Positions 30,148 to 39,311 are shown, numbered from the stretch's first letter. The stretch is 58,310 nt of DNA from an uncultured virus (IMG/VR IMGVR_UViG_2061766007_003026) (IMGVR_UViG_2061766007_003026), one strand, 5' to 3'. Notes: generated by a model not told the origin, from the letters alone. Numbers and translations: made by a program.

Positions 30148-31251
30148 ATGATTGACAAGATTTTGCGCAAAGTGTTCAAGGGGGACAAGCCCGTCAAGGT
30201 TTCCGCCAAGGAACTCGCGGTCATACTGGAAAACCACAGGCACTGGCTCGCCAAGGACTGCGAGGGCTGGAAGAACATGAGGGCGGACCTCGAAGGCAAG
30301 GACCTTTCCGGGCTCGACCTTACCGGGGCCGACTTCCGCAAGGCCCGTCTAAGGCTGGTGGACTTTGTCGGGGCGAAGATGGCCGGGGTGAAGCTCTCCG
30401 GTGCCGAACTTTGGTACTCCGACCTCACCGGGGCCGACCTCACCGGGGCCGACCTCAGCCGTACCGACGTGGAGAACGCCGACTTTTCCGGGGCGAACCT
30501 CACGGGGGTGAACTTCAACAAGGCCAAGGGATGCGAGGCGGCCCTGTCCGGGGCCGACCTCACCGGAGCGAAACTGACCGGCACGAACTTCAGCATGGCC
30601 GACTTCTCCGGGGCGAAGTGCGTCAAGACGAATTTCAAGGACGCGTACATCCGTGATGCAATCTTCGCGAAGGCAACCTTCGCCGGCGCAATCTTCGACA
30701 ACACGTATGTCGCCGAGGGCGACTTTTCCGGCGCGATGCTCGACAAGGTGGACTTTTCCGCCCTGCGCGATTCCTCGCGGGTAAATTTTTCAAATGCCAG
30801 TCTCCGCGAGGCGAACCTCCGCGCCAGTCTCGGCGAGGCGAAGTTCAACGGGGCGAACCTTTCCGGGGCCGACTTCTCCGGCGCATGGCTCAACGGTGCC
30901 AACTTCGCCAGGGCCGACCTGACCGGGGCGAAATTCTCCAAGGCAGACCTCGAGGACGCCAAGTTCGGCAAGGCAATCCTTGACGGGGCCGACTTCTCCG
31001 GGGCCGAAATGAAGGGGACGAGCATCAACGAGAAGCAACTCGCAAAGACCGCTTCCCCCAAGAAGGCGAAGGTGATGCCCAAGACCAAGGAAACCTTCAC
31101 GGTGACGGTGACGTACACCACCACCATCGAAGCCATCGGGGCCACCCCGGAAGAGCGCAAGGCGTCTGCCGAACGCCAGGCATGGGGAAACCTCGTGGGC
31201 AAGCTGGACGCGGACAATGTTGTCACCAAGGCCGTTTCCACGGGAAAATAA
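30148..31251 (+). CDS. pentapeptide-repeat protein with extra C-terminal small domain
   Basis: long A(D/N)(L/F)SG repeat run; N-terminus similar to the 11032 protein. Confidence 0.9.
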   Translation: MIDKILRKVFKGDKPVKVSAKELAVILENHRHWLAKDCEGWKNMRADLEGKDLSGLDLTGADFRKARLRLVDFVGAKMAGVKLSGAELWYSDLTGADLTGADLSRTDVENADFSGANLTGVNFNKAKGCEAALSGADLTGAKLTGTNFSMADFSGAKCVKTNFKDAYIRDAIFAKATFAGAIFDNTYVAEGDFSGAMLDKVDFSALRDSSRVNFSNASLREANLRASLGEAKFNGANLSGADFSGAWLNGANFARADLTGAKFSKADLEDAKFGKAILDGADFSGAEMKGTSINEKQLAKTASPKKAKVMPKTKETFTVTVTYTTTIEAIGATPEERKASAERQAWGNLVGKLDADNVVTKAVSTGK

Positions 31252-31273
31252 TTTTTAACCAAGAGGAGGCTAT

Positions 31274-31522
31274 ATGGCCAAGGGAAAGAAGAAAACGGAG
31301 AGCGAGGAACTCGAACAAATCCTGTCCGACAGCATCGGGAAATACGTACCCGCCGGGAGCTGGCGAATCAACCCGAGGGAAGGCAAGACCACCTTCGTAT
31401 GGTGCAGGGTGCGCCCTGCGGGCGGGGAGGCCGCCGTCCAGCAGGCCTTCGACGACTTCCGGGCGGCAGTCAAGGGCACGAAGTTCGAGGGGAAGGTCAC
31501 CTTGGCGTTCCCCGCGGAGTAG
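31274..31522 (+). CDS. hypothetical protein
   Basis: GAGGAGG RBS. Confidence 0.8.
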   Translation: MAKGKKKTESEELEQILSDSIGKYVPAGSWRINPREGKTTFVWCRVRPAGGEAAVQQAFDDFRAAVKGTKFEGKVTLAFPAE

Positions 31523-31606
31523 CCCACCGGGTAACCCCCGGGGACACCCGGCAAATCCCCCGGAGGAAACGGGGGATTGCAAGTTTTTTACCAAGGAGAC
31601 AGGAAA

Positions 31607-32167
31607 ATGGAAACGGTATACAAGATTACGGCCTACCCGATTAACCCGGCATACAGGCCCAGGGTCGTGCTCGTTCGCGACGAAGACCCTGTCGTGGCCA
31701 AGAAGAAGGCCGACGACACCGAACGGGAAATGAGGGAATCCTTCATGACCGGGCAGGTTGACCTGGTGGACTGCCGCAACGTGACACCCGTCAGGCTTTC
31801 GGAGTTCCTGGACACCCATTCCGCGCTCGAGAAGGCGGAGGAAAAGATGGTGAAGGAAATCCTCGGCCCGGCCTTCCACGTACCCGCCCCGTTCGGGGAG
31901 GGCCAGTTCGTAATCAGGATGACACGACATGCATACGGCGCATACTGCGTAGAGGGGTCATGGTACGCCCCGGGCGCGGACGAAGACCCGTGCGGGACGT
32001 GGAACTTCGGGATTACGGTATATCCCGCCGACCCGTCCATGAACTGCGTGGAAATCGACTGGCCCGGCCAGCGTAAGCACGGAACCGCGACGCTCGACCC
32101 GGACGACGTGACCTCGGTCGTTACCAAAATGGTGAGAAGTTCCCGGGAGCCGGATTACGAGGGATAA
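31607..32167 (+). CDS. hypothetical protein
   Basis: AAGGAG RBS, element 31524. Confidence 0.8.
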   Translation: METVYKITAYPINPAYRPRVVLVRDEDPVVAKKKADDTEREMRESFMTGQVDLVDCRNVTPVRLSEFLDTHSALEKAEEKMVKEILGPAFHVPAPFGEGQFVIRMTRHAYGAYCVEGSWYAPGADEDPCGTWNFGITVYPADPSMNCVEIDWPGQRKHGTATLDPDDVTSVVTKMVRSSREPDYEG

Positions 32168-32308
32168 TATTACCGTGGAGGAGACCACCATGCGCGCGGA
32201 ACCCGGCAAGATTGGCCTGTAACCTACCGGGCACACCCCGGGGACACCCGGCAAATCCCCCGGAGGCAACTGGGTATCGTAAGGAACAATTGTTAAAGGA
32301 GACATGGA

Positions 32309-32617
32309 ATGGACCCGATTGATAAATTCACACAGCTTGCGATGGCTGTCGGACGGCTCGCCGAGGGAGTTCCCGAGTGGTCATACAAGCCGCATACCGA
32401 CAACGGCATCCGTGGCTTCCGCTACGAGTCCCGCGGGAAGGCCGTGGCGTTCGTCAGCACGAATTACGTCCGCGTGGGGTTGGCCGACGGCATTGTCCTG
32501 TTCGACATGGCCATCACCTCAGACGACTTCCGCTTCGCGCTCGCGAACGCCGCCCGAAGCGCCGACTCGCTCTCGGCTACCTTACTGGAAATCGAAAACA
32601 GGCTGTCCAGCCTCTAA
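32309..32617 (+). CDS. hypothetical protein
   Basis: AAGGAG RBS, element 32224. Confidence 0.75.
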   Translation: MDPIDKFTQLAMAVGRLAEGVPEWSYKPHTDNGIRGFRYESRGKAVAFVSTNYVRVGLADGIVLFDMAITSDDFRFALANAARSADSLSATLLEIENRLSSL

Positions 32618-32664
32618 AGGAGACCTACCATGAAAATTGAAACTACCGAACCGGAGGAGACAAA

Positions 32665-32919
32665 ATGAGATACCTTATCGTGACCATGGACCAGAACTTG
32701 CTGAAATACGTTGAGGACAAATACCATACCGACGGACGCATTCCGTGCGGGTTAATCATCGAGACTAACGAGACCAAGTCCGAGACTGAGACCATCTTTC
32801 GCACCATCGGCACAGCAAACCCGGCCGCGGAATTTTCCGTTTTCTGCATTGCCGAGGTGCATCCCTTCGGAAGGCAGCGCATCATCATGGACGCCTGTTC
32901 TACCGCATGGCTCAAATAA
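32665..32919 (+). CDS. hypothetical protein
   Basis: GGAGGAG RBS. Confidence 0.75.
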   Translation: MRYLIVTMDQNLLKYVEDKYHTDGRIPCGLIIETNETKSETETIFRTIGTANPAAEFSVFCIAEVHPFGRQRIIMDACSTAWLK

Positions 32920-32940
32920 ATTTTAATGGAGGACAATCCG

Positions 32941-33165
32941 ATGAAAAAACTTTTGCTCGCCATCCCGTTCGCCATCCTCGTAGGATGCGGTGGGGAACCG
33001 CCAACGCCAGAAAACTTCTGCTGCATGGAGAAGGATTGCAACAATGTCTGGTCCATCCACGCGGAAAAGGTAAAATGCCTCTACACCGTGGCCAAGGACC
33101 TCGAGAAGAAAAACGAGATACTCGACACCCTGCTCAAGTACAGGTGCGCCGGGGAATCCAAGTAA
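32941..33165 (+). CDS. small lipoprotein
   Basis: MKKLLLAIPFAILVG-C lipobox; GGAGG RBS. Confidence 0.8.
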   Translation: MKKLLLAIPFAILVGCGGEPPTPENFCCMEKDCNNVWSIHAEKVKCLYTVAKDLEKKNEILDTLLKYRCAGESK

Positions 33166-33182
33166 AATACGGGAGGTACCGC

Positions 33183-33386
33183 ATGTTCATAAAAGACAAA
33201 AATGGTCGCAATGTACGCGTGGAATTTATAGAAAGTTTCGCCCTGTCTATCCCCGACGTTTACTCATTCGATGGCGTTTCGCCGAAAATATACAACGTAA
33301 CTATGGCGTCCGGTGCCAAGCACGAGATTCTACCGCAGGAATTCGATAAGTGCCGCAAGACGCTCATGTCCGATACCACCGGGTAA
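33183..33386 (+). CDS. hypothetical protein; stop codon lies inside element 33376
   Basis: GGAGG RBS; ends ACC ACC GGG TAA. Confidence 0.7.
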   Translation: MFIKDKNGRNVRVEFIESFALSIPDVYSFDGVSPKIYNVTMASGAKHEILPQEFDKCRKTLMSDTTG

Positions 33387-33455
33387 CGCCCGGGGACACC
33401 GAGGCCGGCTCCCGGAGGGAACCGGCCATTGAACACATCTACCAAGGATACATAC

Positions 33456-33809
33456 ATGCCGCACGTCGCAATCAAGAAGAATCCCTTTGCCAACAGAGAC
33501 ACCACCCCGCTCTACGTGAGCATCGAGGGCGAAATCGTCACAATGACCTTCAATCCAGGCAAGTACCGCAAGGACTACCTCATAGACGCCGGGAGGAAGG
33601 TGCGGCTGTCGTGCACGAACACGCTCATGTACGGGAGCCACGACCTTTCCGGGGTGTTCGAGTACGTCGACACGGTAAAGTACAGAACCGACGAGGGCTT
33701 CGCCGATACCCTCGTGGACGCGTACCGCGTACGCATCATCGCGAAACCCGGGCACTATTCCCTCACCAAGCGCGGTCTGACCCGCCTACCTGACTGGAAG
33801 GATTCCTAG
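33456..33809 (+). CDS. hypothetical protein
   Basis: AAGGA RBS, element 33376. Confidence 0.75.
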   Translation: MPHVAIKKNPFANRDTTPLYVSIEGEIVTMTFNPGKYRKDYLIDAGRKVRLSCTNTLMYGSHDLSGVFEYVDTVKYRTDEGFADTLVDAYRVRIIAKPGHYSLTKRGLTRLPDWKDS

Positions 33810-33894
33810 CGATACCCACCGGGTAGCGCCCGGGGACACCGAGGCCGGCTCCCGGAGGGAACCGGTCACGTGTAAAGATTTCAAGGAGACATAC

Positions 33895-34470
33895 ATGGCA
33901 GATAAGAAGAAAGCGTTGGTGATGGAGCCCATACCCGAGGAGACCCGGGCCAAGCTGAGGTCCATCCAGGCCCGTATCGACGAGCTCAAGGCGCAGATAG
34001 ACGACCTCAACAAGGAAGCCTACGCGCTCGTCCCAAAGCACACATTCGAGGAGTGCAAGGCTATGGGTTGCGAGCATACGTTTAGGAACCGTTGGGATTG
34101 CCACTGCCACTGTGTCCGCCGTAAGGACTACACGGGCGGCTTTAACGACTACTATAAGGCACAGGAGAAGAAGGTCTACATCCCGGAGAAGTACCCGATG
34201 CTCAACTGGAAGACAGTTGTGGGGTCGTGCAACGATTATGTACGCAAGGTCATCAAGGAAACCGACCGGACGCTCATACTTGAGGGAGGGGACCAGTTGC
34301 TGAAGAGCAAGGTGTTCATGATTGAGGATGCCCAATATATTAAGGACCGAAGTGATTACACTTATATGTGTGCCGACGTGCCGGAGAACGTGGAGATGGC
34401 CAAGACCCTGCTGAAGATACGGAACAGCGAGTGGGTTGAGAACTTCAAGGCAACCATACCCACCGGGTAA
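33895..34470 (+). CDS. hypothetical protein; stop codon lies inside element 34460
   Basis: AAGGAG RBS; ends CCC ACC GGG TAA. Confidence 0.8.
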   Translation: MADKKKALVMEPIPEETRAKLRSIQARIDELKAQIDDLNKEAYALVPKHTFEECKAMGCEHTFRNRWDCHCHCVRRKDYTGGFNDYYKAQEKKVYIPEKYPMLNWKTVVGSCNDYVRKVIKETDRTLILEGGDQLLKSKVFMIEDAQYIKDRSDYTYMCADVPENVEMAKTLLKIRNSEWVENFKATIPTG

Positions 34471-34530
34471 CGCCCGGGGACACCCGGCGTGACCGCCCGA
34501 GGGAACCCGTCATTACACAAGGAGAAGGAC

Positions 34531-34713
34531 ATGAAAAAATACTGCATAGCCGTCGCGATGTGCGACGGGAGAATCCTGAAGGACCTTTCGAGGACGGCTG
34601 ACACCCGTGAAGAACTCGAGGCGATGATGACGCCCAACGAAAGGGCCTTCGGCCACACGTACAGCTGCGAGTCCGACGACCCGCATTTCGGTGTCCTCAA
34701 CCGAGGAAACTAG
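34531..34713 (+). CDS. hypothetical protein (60 aa)
   Basis: AAGGAG RBS, element 34460. Confidence 0.7.
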   Translation: MKKYCIAVAMCDGRILKDLSRTADTREELEAMMTPNERAFGHTYSCESDDPHFGVLNRGN

Positions 34714-34723
34714 GAGGTGTAGC

Positions 34724-35226
34724 ATGAGCAACGCCAAACAATGGGTAGCCGCCCGTTTCAACCACTCCACTTCATTCAGCCCGGTCGACGCCGAGACCGT
34801 CAAATACGCGCACGTCGTTGAGACCGGCAAGAAGAAATTCGACGACTGGAACGCCTGCATGGACGAGTGCAAGCTGTTGACCGAGGAGAAGAATTGCGCC
34901 GAGTGGGAATTCGTGAAGCTGACCGACGATTATATCCGCAAGCTCAACGACCTCGCGATGGACAAGCGTTTCTTCGACCCCCGCGCTTCTTACGAGACGA
35001 TGGATTCCATCTACGCCGTTGTCCGCATACTGGAAGCGATGCAGCGCGGACNNNNNNNNNNTGCGATGATGACGCCCAACGAAAGGGCCTTCGGCCACAC
35101 ATACAGCTGCGANNNNNNNNNNCGGACAAGCGTTTCTTCGACCCCCGCACTTCTTACGAGACGAGGGATTCCATCTACGCCGTTGTCCGCATACTGGAAG
35201 CGATGCAGCGCGGACTCGTGCCGTAA
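34724..35226 (+). CDS. hypothetical protein (~112 aa) broken by gaps with duplicated flanks
   Basis: GGAGG RBS; 3' end ...MQRGLVP* recovered from the duplicate 35123-35226. Confidence 0.65.
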
Positions 35227-35521
35227 ATATTTTTCCTGGCCTGCCGGGCTATGTGTTAAACTAGCCTCCCGTGGTTGCCCGGCAGGGCCTNNNNNNNNNN
35301 TTTGCCGACCTGATACTTTTCCTGGTCTGCCGGGCTATGTGTTAAACTAGCCTCCCGTGGTTGCCCGGCAGGGCCTCCTTATGGCCACGGGAGGCACCCT
35401 TTTCGCCCGGCACCCGCCGGGCTTTTCCGCGTACCCACCGGGTACACCCCGGGGACACCCCGGGAGACTCCCGGAGGAAACGGGCTGATGTAAGGAACGA
35501 ACCTGCAAGGAGGATTCGACA

Positions 35522-35872
35522 ATGAGATTCAAGCATTTCGTTACGGCGGTGCCGACCAAGGGCCCGAGGGGCGCCCTCCTCGCCCGCCTTGATTTCAGCG
35601 GGCCGTCGGAATACGCCGCACTCGCCAGGCGCGCGGGACTCAACCCGGGCGACGACATCCGCGCATACTGCTGGGTGAACGTCGGCAAACACGGGGAAAT
35701 CATCCCGGGGAACGTGCTGAGCCTCAACGGGAAGCTCGGCAGGGGAAAGGTACGCTACCCCAGCGCAAGGGCCTGGCCGGGTCTCGTGAAGGCCGCCAGG
35801 GAGTTCATCGACAACCCACCGGGCACTTCCCGGGGATACCCGGCGGGAACCGCCGAGGAAACGGTCGGATAA
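35522..35872 (+). CDS. hypothetical protein; 3' end reads through element 35816
   Basis: AAGGAGG RBS. Confidence 0.7.
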   Translation: MRFKHFVTAVPTKGPRGALLARLDFSGPSEYAALARRAGLNPGDDIRAYCWVNVGKHGEIIPGNVLSLNGKLGRGKVRYPSARAWPGLVKAAREFIDNPPGTSRGYPAGTAEETVG

Positions 35873-35885
35873 GCAGGAGGAACGC

Positions 35886-36521
35886 ATGGCATACACAGGC
35901 AACAGATTCATCGGGGCTACGGCTCTCGTCGCGGGAATCGCGGTGTCCGCCGGTGGTGTACCGGGCCTGCCCGAGCCGTTCACCTACGGCGTGAGGCCGG
36001 GCCACCCGACCACGGCGTGGTACATCGACGGGCGCGAGGGCGTCCTCCGCGGAGGGATGTGTACATTCCTCGGGGACCTCGAGGTCCCGGCGATGGACGA
36101 CAGGGGCGGCCCTTCCTGCCCCGGAATCACGGTCAGGCACCTCGTCTCGGTAGACGTGGGCCCGGCGGTGGGCAAGTGCAGGGGGCTCGTCTGCGGGTAC
36201 GACCACAACGTCGACGGTACGGGGGAGACCCTCACTACCGACGTGGTGGAAGCCTGCCCGGATATCATCGTCACCGTGGCGATGGGCGGGGAGATGGAGG
36301 TCGTGGCCACGAAGTGGTTCGACCTCGGGGACGACCCGACGCCATACTTCGCGAGGGGGAAGCTCGTCGACATGAGCCTTCTCACCGAGAAGCGCCTGGT
36401 GGACAAGTACGGCGGAAAGCGGTACAGGAAACAGGTGGCCTATTGGCTAGGGAGTTCCGCCCTGATGCCGGGGGACAGCACGGTGGTATGGCGGGACAGC
36501 AGCGAGACATGCTACGAATAA
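35886..36521 (+). CDS. hypothetical exported protein
   Basis: GGAGG RBS; signal-peptide-like N-terminus. Confidence 0.7.
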   Translation: MAYTGNRFIGATALVAGIAVSAGGVPGLPEPFTYGVRPGHPTTAWYIDGREGVLRGGMCTFLGDLEVPAMDDRGGPSCPGITVRHLVSVDVGPAVGKCRGLVCGYDHNVDGTGETLTTDVVEACPDIIVTVAMGGEMEVVATKWFDLGDDPTPYFARGKLVDMSLLTEKRLVDKYGGKRYRKQVAYWLGSSALMPGDSTVVWRDSSETCYE

Positions 36522-36550
36522 TTTTTTAACTTTTGATAGGAGATAGAACC

Positions 36551-37741
36551 ATGACCTACATCGAACTCATGAACGGCGCTTTCGGCGGGAGCCTCCCGGA
36601 ATTCCCGGGAGACAACTGCGCCTCGCGTATCGACTCTTTCTTCGCCGCTAACGGCGTGGGCGTCAAGGTCGTGGACATGGAACACGGCCCGGTGGTCACC
36701 AAGTACATCGTGGATTTCGGTAGCGATACCGACCACGTGTCGAAAGTGGAGAACCTCCGCAGGGACCTCGGAATCCGTCTCGGTGTCGGCGCTTCCCGCG
36801 TCTACATCGGCGAAACCGAATGGAATGGGCAGGTGAAGCTCGCAATCGAGGTGCCGAACAGGAATCGTATCGCGGTTCCCTCCGGCACGGTAATCCCTGC
36901 AGTGAAGCGTGGCCAGGAATGGCGCGGACTGCGCGTGTGCCTCGGGGTGGACACCTCGGGCAAGCCCTACACAATCGACCTCCACAAGGCCCCGCACGTG
37001 CTCGTGGCAGGCCAGAGCGGAAGCGGCAAGTCCGTGTTCCTCAACTCGATGATTTGCGGCCTCCTCGCGAACTACAGCCCCTCGGAATGCCACATCGACG
37101 TGGTCGACCCGAAGGGTACGGAATTCAACGCATTCTGCCGTTGGCCGGCAATGCTCGACTCCGTCGACGTGCATCACGCCGACGATGCGGTTCCTCTGCT
37201 CGGCGAGCTCGTGGACAGCATGAAGTCCCGCATGGAAGAATTCGGCAAGTACGGCGTGTGCAACCTCCCCGAATACGGTGCGCTGTGCGACGAACGCGGA
37301 GTGGAATGGGGCTTCCCGTACAGGGTGGTCATCATCGACGAGTTCTACGACATGATGATGAACTACGGTTCCGCTTTCGAGGACCCGCTCTCCATTCTCG
37401 CCGCCAAGGCCAGGAGCTGCGGCATCCACCTCGTCCTTGCGACGCAGCGCCCCTCCGCGGACGTCATCCGCGGTGCGCTCAAGGCGAACCTTTCCACGCG
37501 CATCGCGCTGAAAGTCTCCTCCCGCACGGATTCCCAGGTCATCATCGACCGTCCGGGCGCGGAATCCCTCTGCGGTCGCGGCGACATGCTCTACTGCGGT
37601 CCGGATGGGGACATTCCCCTCCGCCTCCACGGCTGCATGTTGACTAAGGACGAACTCGAGGAACTCCACAGACGCGCCGTCAGCGTGGAATACATCGACG
37701 GGTTCCGCGGTACCGACGAGGTTTCGGTCGCCGCGGGGTAA
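36551..37741 (+). CDS. ftsK: FtsK/SpoIIIE-family ATPase (motor domain only)
   Basis: GPVVTKY, IEVPN, PHVLVAGQSGSGKS, DPKGTE, VVIIDEF, GIHLVLATQRPS, GAESLCGRGDML. Confidence 0.92.
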   Translation: MTYIELMNGAFGGSLPEFPGDNCASRIDSFFAANGVGVKVVDMEHGPVVTKYIVDFGSDTDHVSKVENLRRDLGIRLGVGASRVYIGETEWNGQVKLAIEVPNRNRIAVPSGTVIPAVKRGQEWRGLRVCLGVDTSGKPYTIDLHKAPHVLVAGQSGSGKSVFLNSMICGLLANYSPSECHIDVVDPKGTEFNAFCRWPAMLDSVDVHHADDAVPLLGELVDSMKSRMEEFGKYGVCNLPEYGALCDERGVEWGFPYRVVIIDEFYDMMMNYGSAFEDPLSILAAKARSCGIHLVLATQRPSADVIRGALKANLSTRIALKVSSRTDSQVIIDRPGAESLCGRGDMLYCGPDGDIPLRLHGCMLTKDELEELHRRAVSVEYIDGFRGTDEVSVAAG

Positions 37742-37797
37742 CCCGAAAGGCAGGAATTTAAATTTTAAATTTTGATTTTTCCTATACGGAGGACATC

Positions 37798-38397
37798 ATG
37801 ACTAACGAAGATAAAACCGCTTACATGGCGACACTGCTCGGGTCCAAGACTCTCGCGAACACGGCTATCAGCTACCTCTCGCGTTGCAGGGATATCCCGA
37901 CGTCCGCCCAGGTGGCCGAGCACCTCAAGGTGCCCGCCCGCACGGCCGGAAAGATTGTCGCCGCGGCCAAGATGTCGCAGTGCTTCCTGATGGACACCAT
38001 GCCGCTCAAGCTCGCCAACTCCAACGTGGTTGGCTGGTACCTGGCCGACCTCAAGGCCGAGCCGACCGAGGTCCTAATCGTTCTGACCCTCGGCTCCGAC
38101 AACTCCCTCATCGCTCGCCACCAGTGCGCGATGGGACCCCTCAGCAACGTGGTCGTGGACGAGGCCGCGGTGTACCGCTACGCCCTCGCCGACGGTGCCA
38201 AGGGAATCATCGTCGCCCACAACCACCCGAGCGGAGTTCTCGAGTTCAGCCAGGCCGACGTTGACTTCACGAAGAAGCTCATCGCTGCCGGAAAGATGCT
38301 CCATATCGCCATGCTTGACAGCATCCTCGTGACCCGCCGCGGAGTGATGAGCATGCGTAAAGTCAAGGAGGACATATTCATACAGAACGGTAAATAA
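37798..38397 (+). CDS. radC: RadC-like JAB/MPN domain protein
   Basis: IIVAHNHPSG...SQAD..FT..L..AG..L.I.MLD. Confidence 0.88.
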   Translation: MTNEDKTAYMATLLGSKTLANTAISYLSRCRDIPTSAQVAEHLKVPARTAGKIVAAAKMSQCFLMDTMPLKLANSNVVGWYLADLKAEPTEVLIVLTLGSDNSLIARHQCAMGPLSNVVVDEAAVYRYALADGAKGIIVAHNHPSGVLEFSQADVDFTKKLIAAGKMLHIAMLDSILVTRRGVMSMRKVKEDIFIQNGK

Positions 38398-38540
38398 CTT
38401 TTTACCTAAAATGTTACGAAAATGCTACTTCGACCCCGGAATTTATTTTATATTTAACGTACCCTTTTACAGGCAAACTAACAAACTTTTAATCAGAACA
38501 ACGAACCACCGCACCGCGGATTAACCCAAGGAAGAACATC

Positions 38541-39311
38541 ATGGAACTGGCAAGCGACAACTTCAAGGACAACGTAAGGAAGGCCTACACCCGGGCATGC
38601 AGCATCATCACCTCTCCCGAAGTCGAGAACATGCTCATCCTCAAGGCCAAGAAGGGCAACAAGTACGCCCGTAATATCCTTTTCGAAAAGCAGCTCCCGG
38701 CCCTCATCAAGCTGGCTAGCAGGAACAACTACGCCGTGTTCAAGGGCAATGCCGCCGAGCTCGTTTCCGAGGTGTTCGACGTGTTCGAGAACGCCATCTC
38801 CCTCTACAACCCATCCATGGGTCTCAGGTTCTGGACGTTCCTTAGCAAGCACGCCATGAACGCCATGAACAAGGCCAAGTACGAGGACCGCCTTATCCAC
38901 GTTCCCGAGAACTACGTGAAGCAGGGCAGGGCCAACGAATACGCCGCCATCGAATCCGGCTACCTCCCCATCGCTGCCGACGACAGCCACTGCCTCTTCG
39001 ATACTCTCGAGGGAGACTCCGCCGACACGGTCATCGACGAGAGCGCCATGAAGGAATACCGCGGAATCACGAACCGCATCATGGACGGCCTCGACTCCCC
39101 CGAACGCGAGCTCGTGAAGAAGTGCTACCTCGAGACTGAACCGGATGCCGACGGGAATCCCGGCAACAAGCCCTGGTCCATCACCAGCCTCGCCAAGTTC
39201 AGCGGCACCAGCAAGGAGTACCTCCGCCAGAAGCACAAACACGCGCTGGCCAAGCTCCGCAAGAACATTGAAGCCGACTGCGACTGGGTGCTCGACCCGG
39301 CTCTCGCATGA
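38541..39311 (+). CDS. sigma-70-family RNA polymerase sigma factor
   Basis: E..LI..AKKG...ARN.L (region 1.2/2.1), YNPSMGLRFWTF (2.3), RLIHVP, and region-4 HTH ITSLAKFSGTSKEYLRQ...ALAKLRK. Confidence 0.85.
   Translation: MELASDNFKDNVRKAYTRACSIITSPEVENMLILKAKKGNKYARNILFEKQLPALIKLASRNNYAVFKGNAAELVSEVFDVFENAISLYNPSMGLRFWTFLSKHAMNAMNKAKYEDRLIHVPENYVKQGRANEYAAIESGYLPIAADDSHCLFDTLEGDSADTVIDESAMKEYRGITNRIMDGLDSPERELVKKCYLETEPDADGNPGNKPWSITSLAKFSGTSKEYLRQKHKHALAKLRKNIEADCDWVLDPALA

Larger units (their letters stand above)
5..35862 (+). repeat. Dispersed ~47-bp intergenic element family (~48 copies), consensus CCACCGGG-N5-CCCGGGGA-NA-CC-N~9-CCGG-N-AGGNAAC
   Basis: Core starts at approx. 5,138,861,1272,2038,2779,4148,4546,5271,5866,6368,7040,8701,9773,(10319 partial),10960,11774,12084,12273,12768,13352,14502,15331,16078,16529,17478,18265,18737,19792,20755,22328,22916,24245,24837,25456,26116,26851,27527,28023,28535,30065,31524,32224,33376,33816,34460,35435,35816. 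One inverted copy at ~4005-4049. No full copy after 36 kb. A few copies are haplotype duplicates next to gaps. Confidence 0.97.

Noticed and set aside
1..35350. Tandem duplications at 1-123, 10319-10607, 11909-12208, 14335-14480, 16927-17230 and 35062-35340
   Set aside because: Each abuts a 10-N gap and differs only by SNPs; best explained as haplotypes concatenated by the scaffolder.
5..35862. Element array as a CRISPR array
   Set aside because: Repeats are degenerate and separated by 0.3-3 kb of genes rather than 30-40-nt spacers; no cas genes.
5..35862. Element as a classical integron attC site
   Set aside because: No RYYYAAC...GTTRRRY ends and no long bottom-strand hairpin; spacing is tied to the downstream ATG; no integrase in the window.
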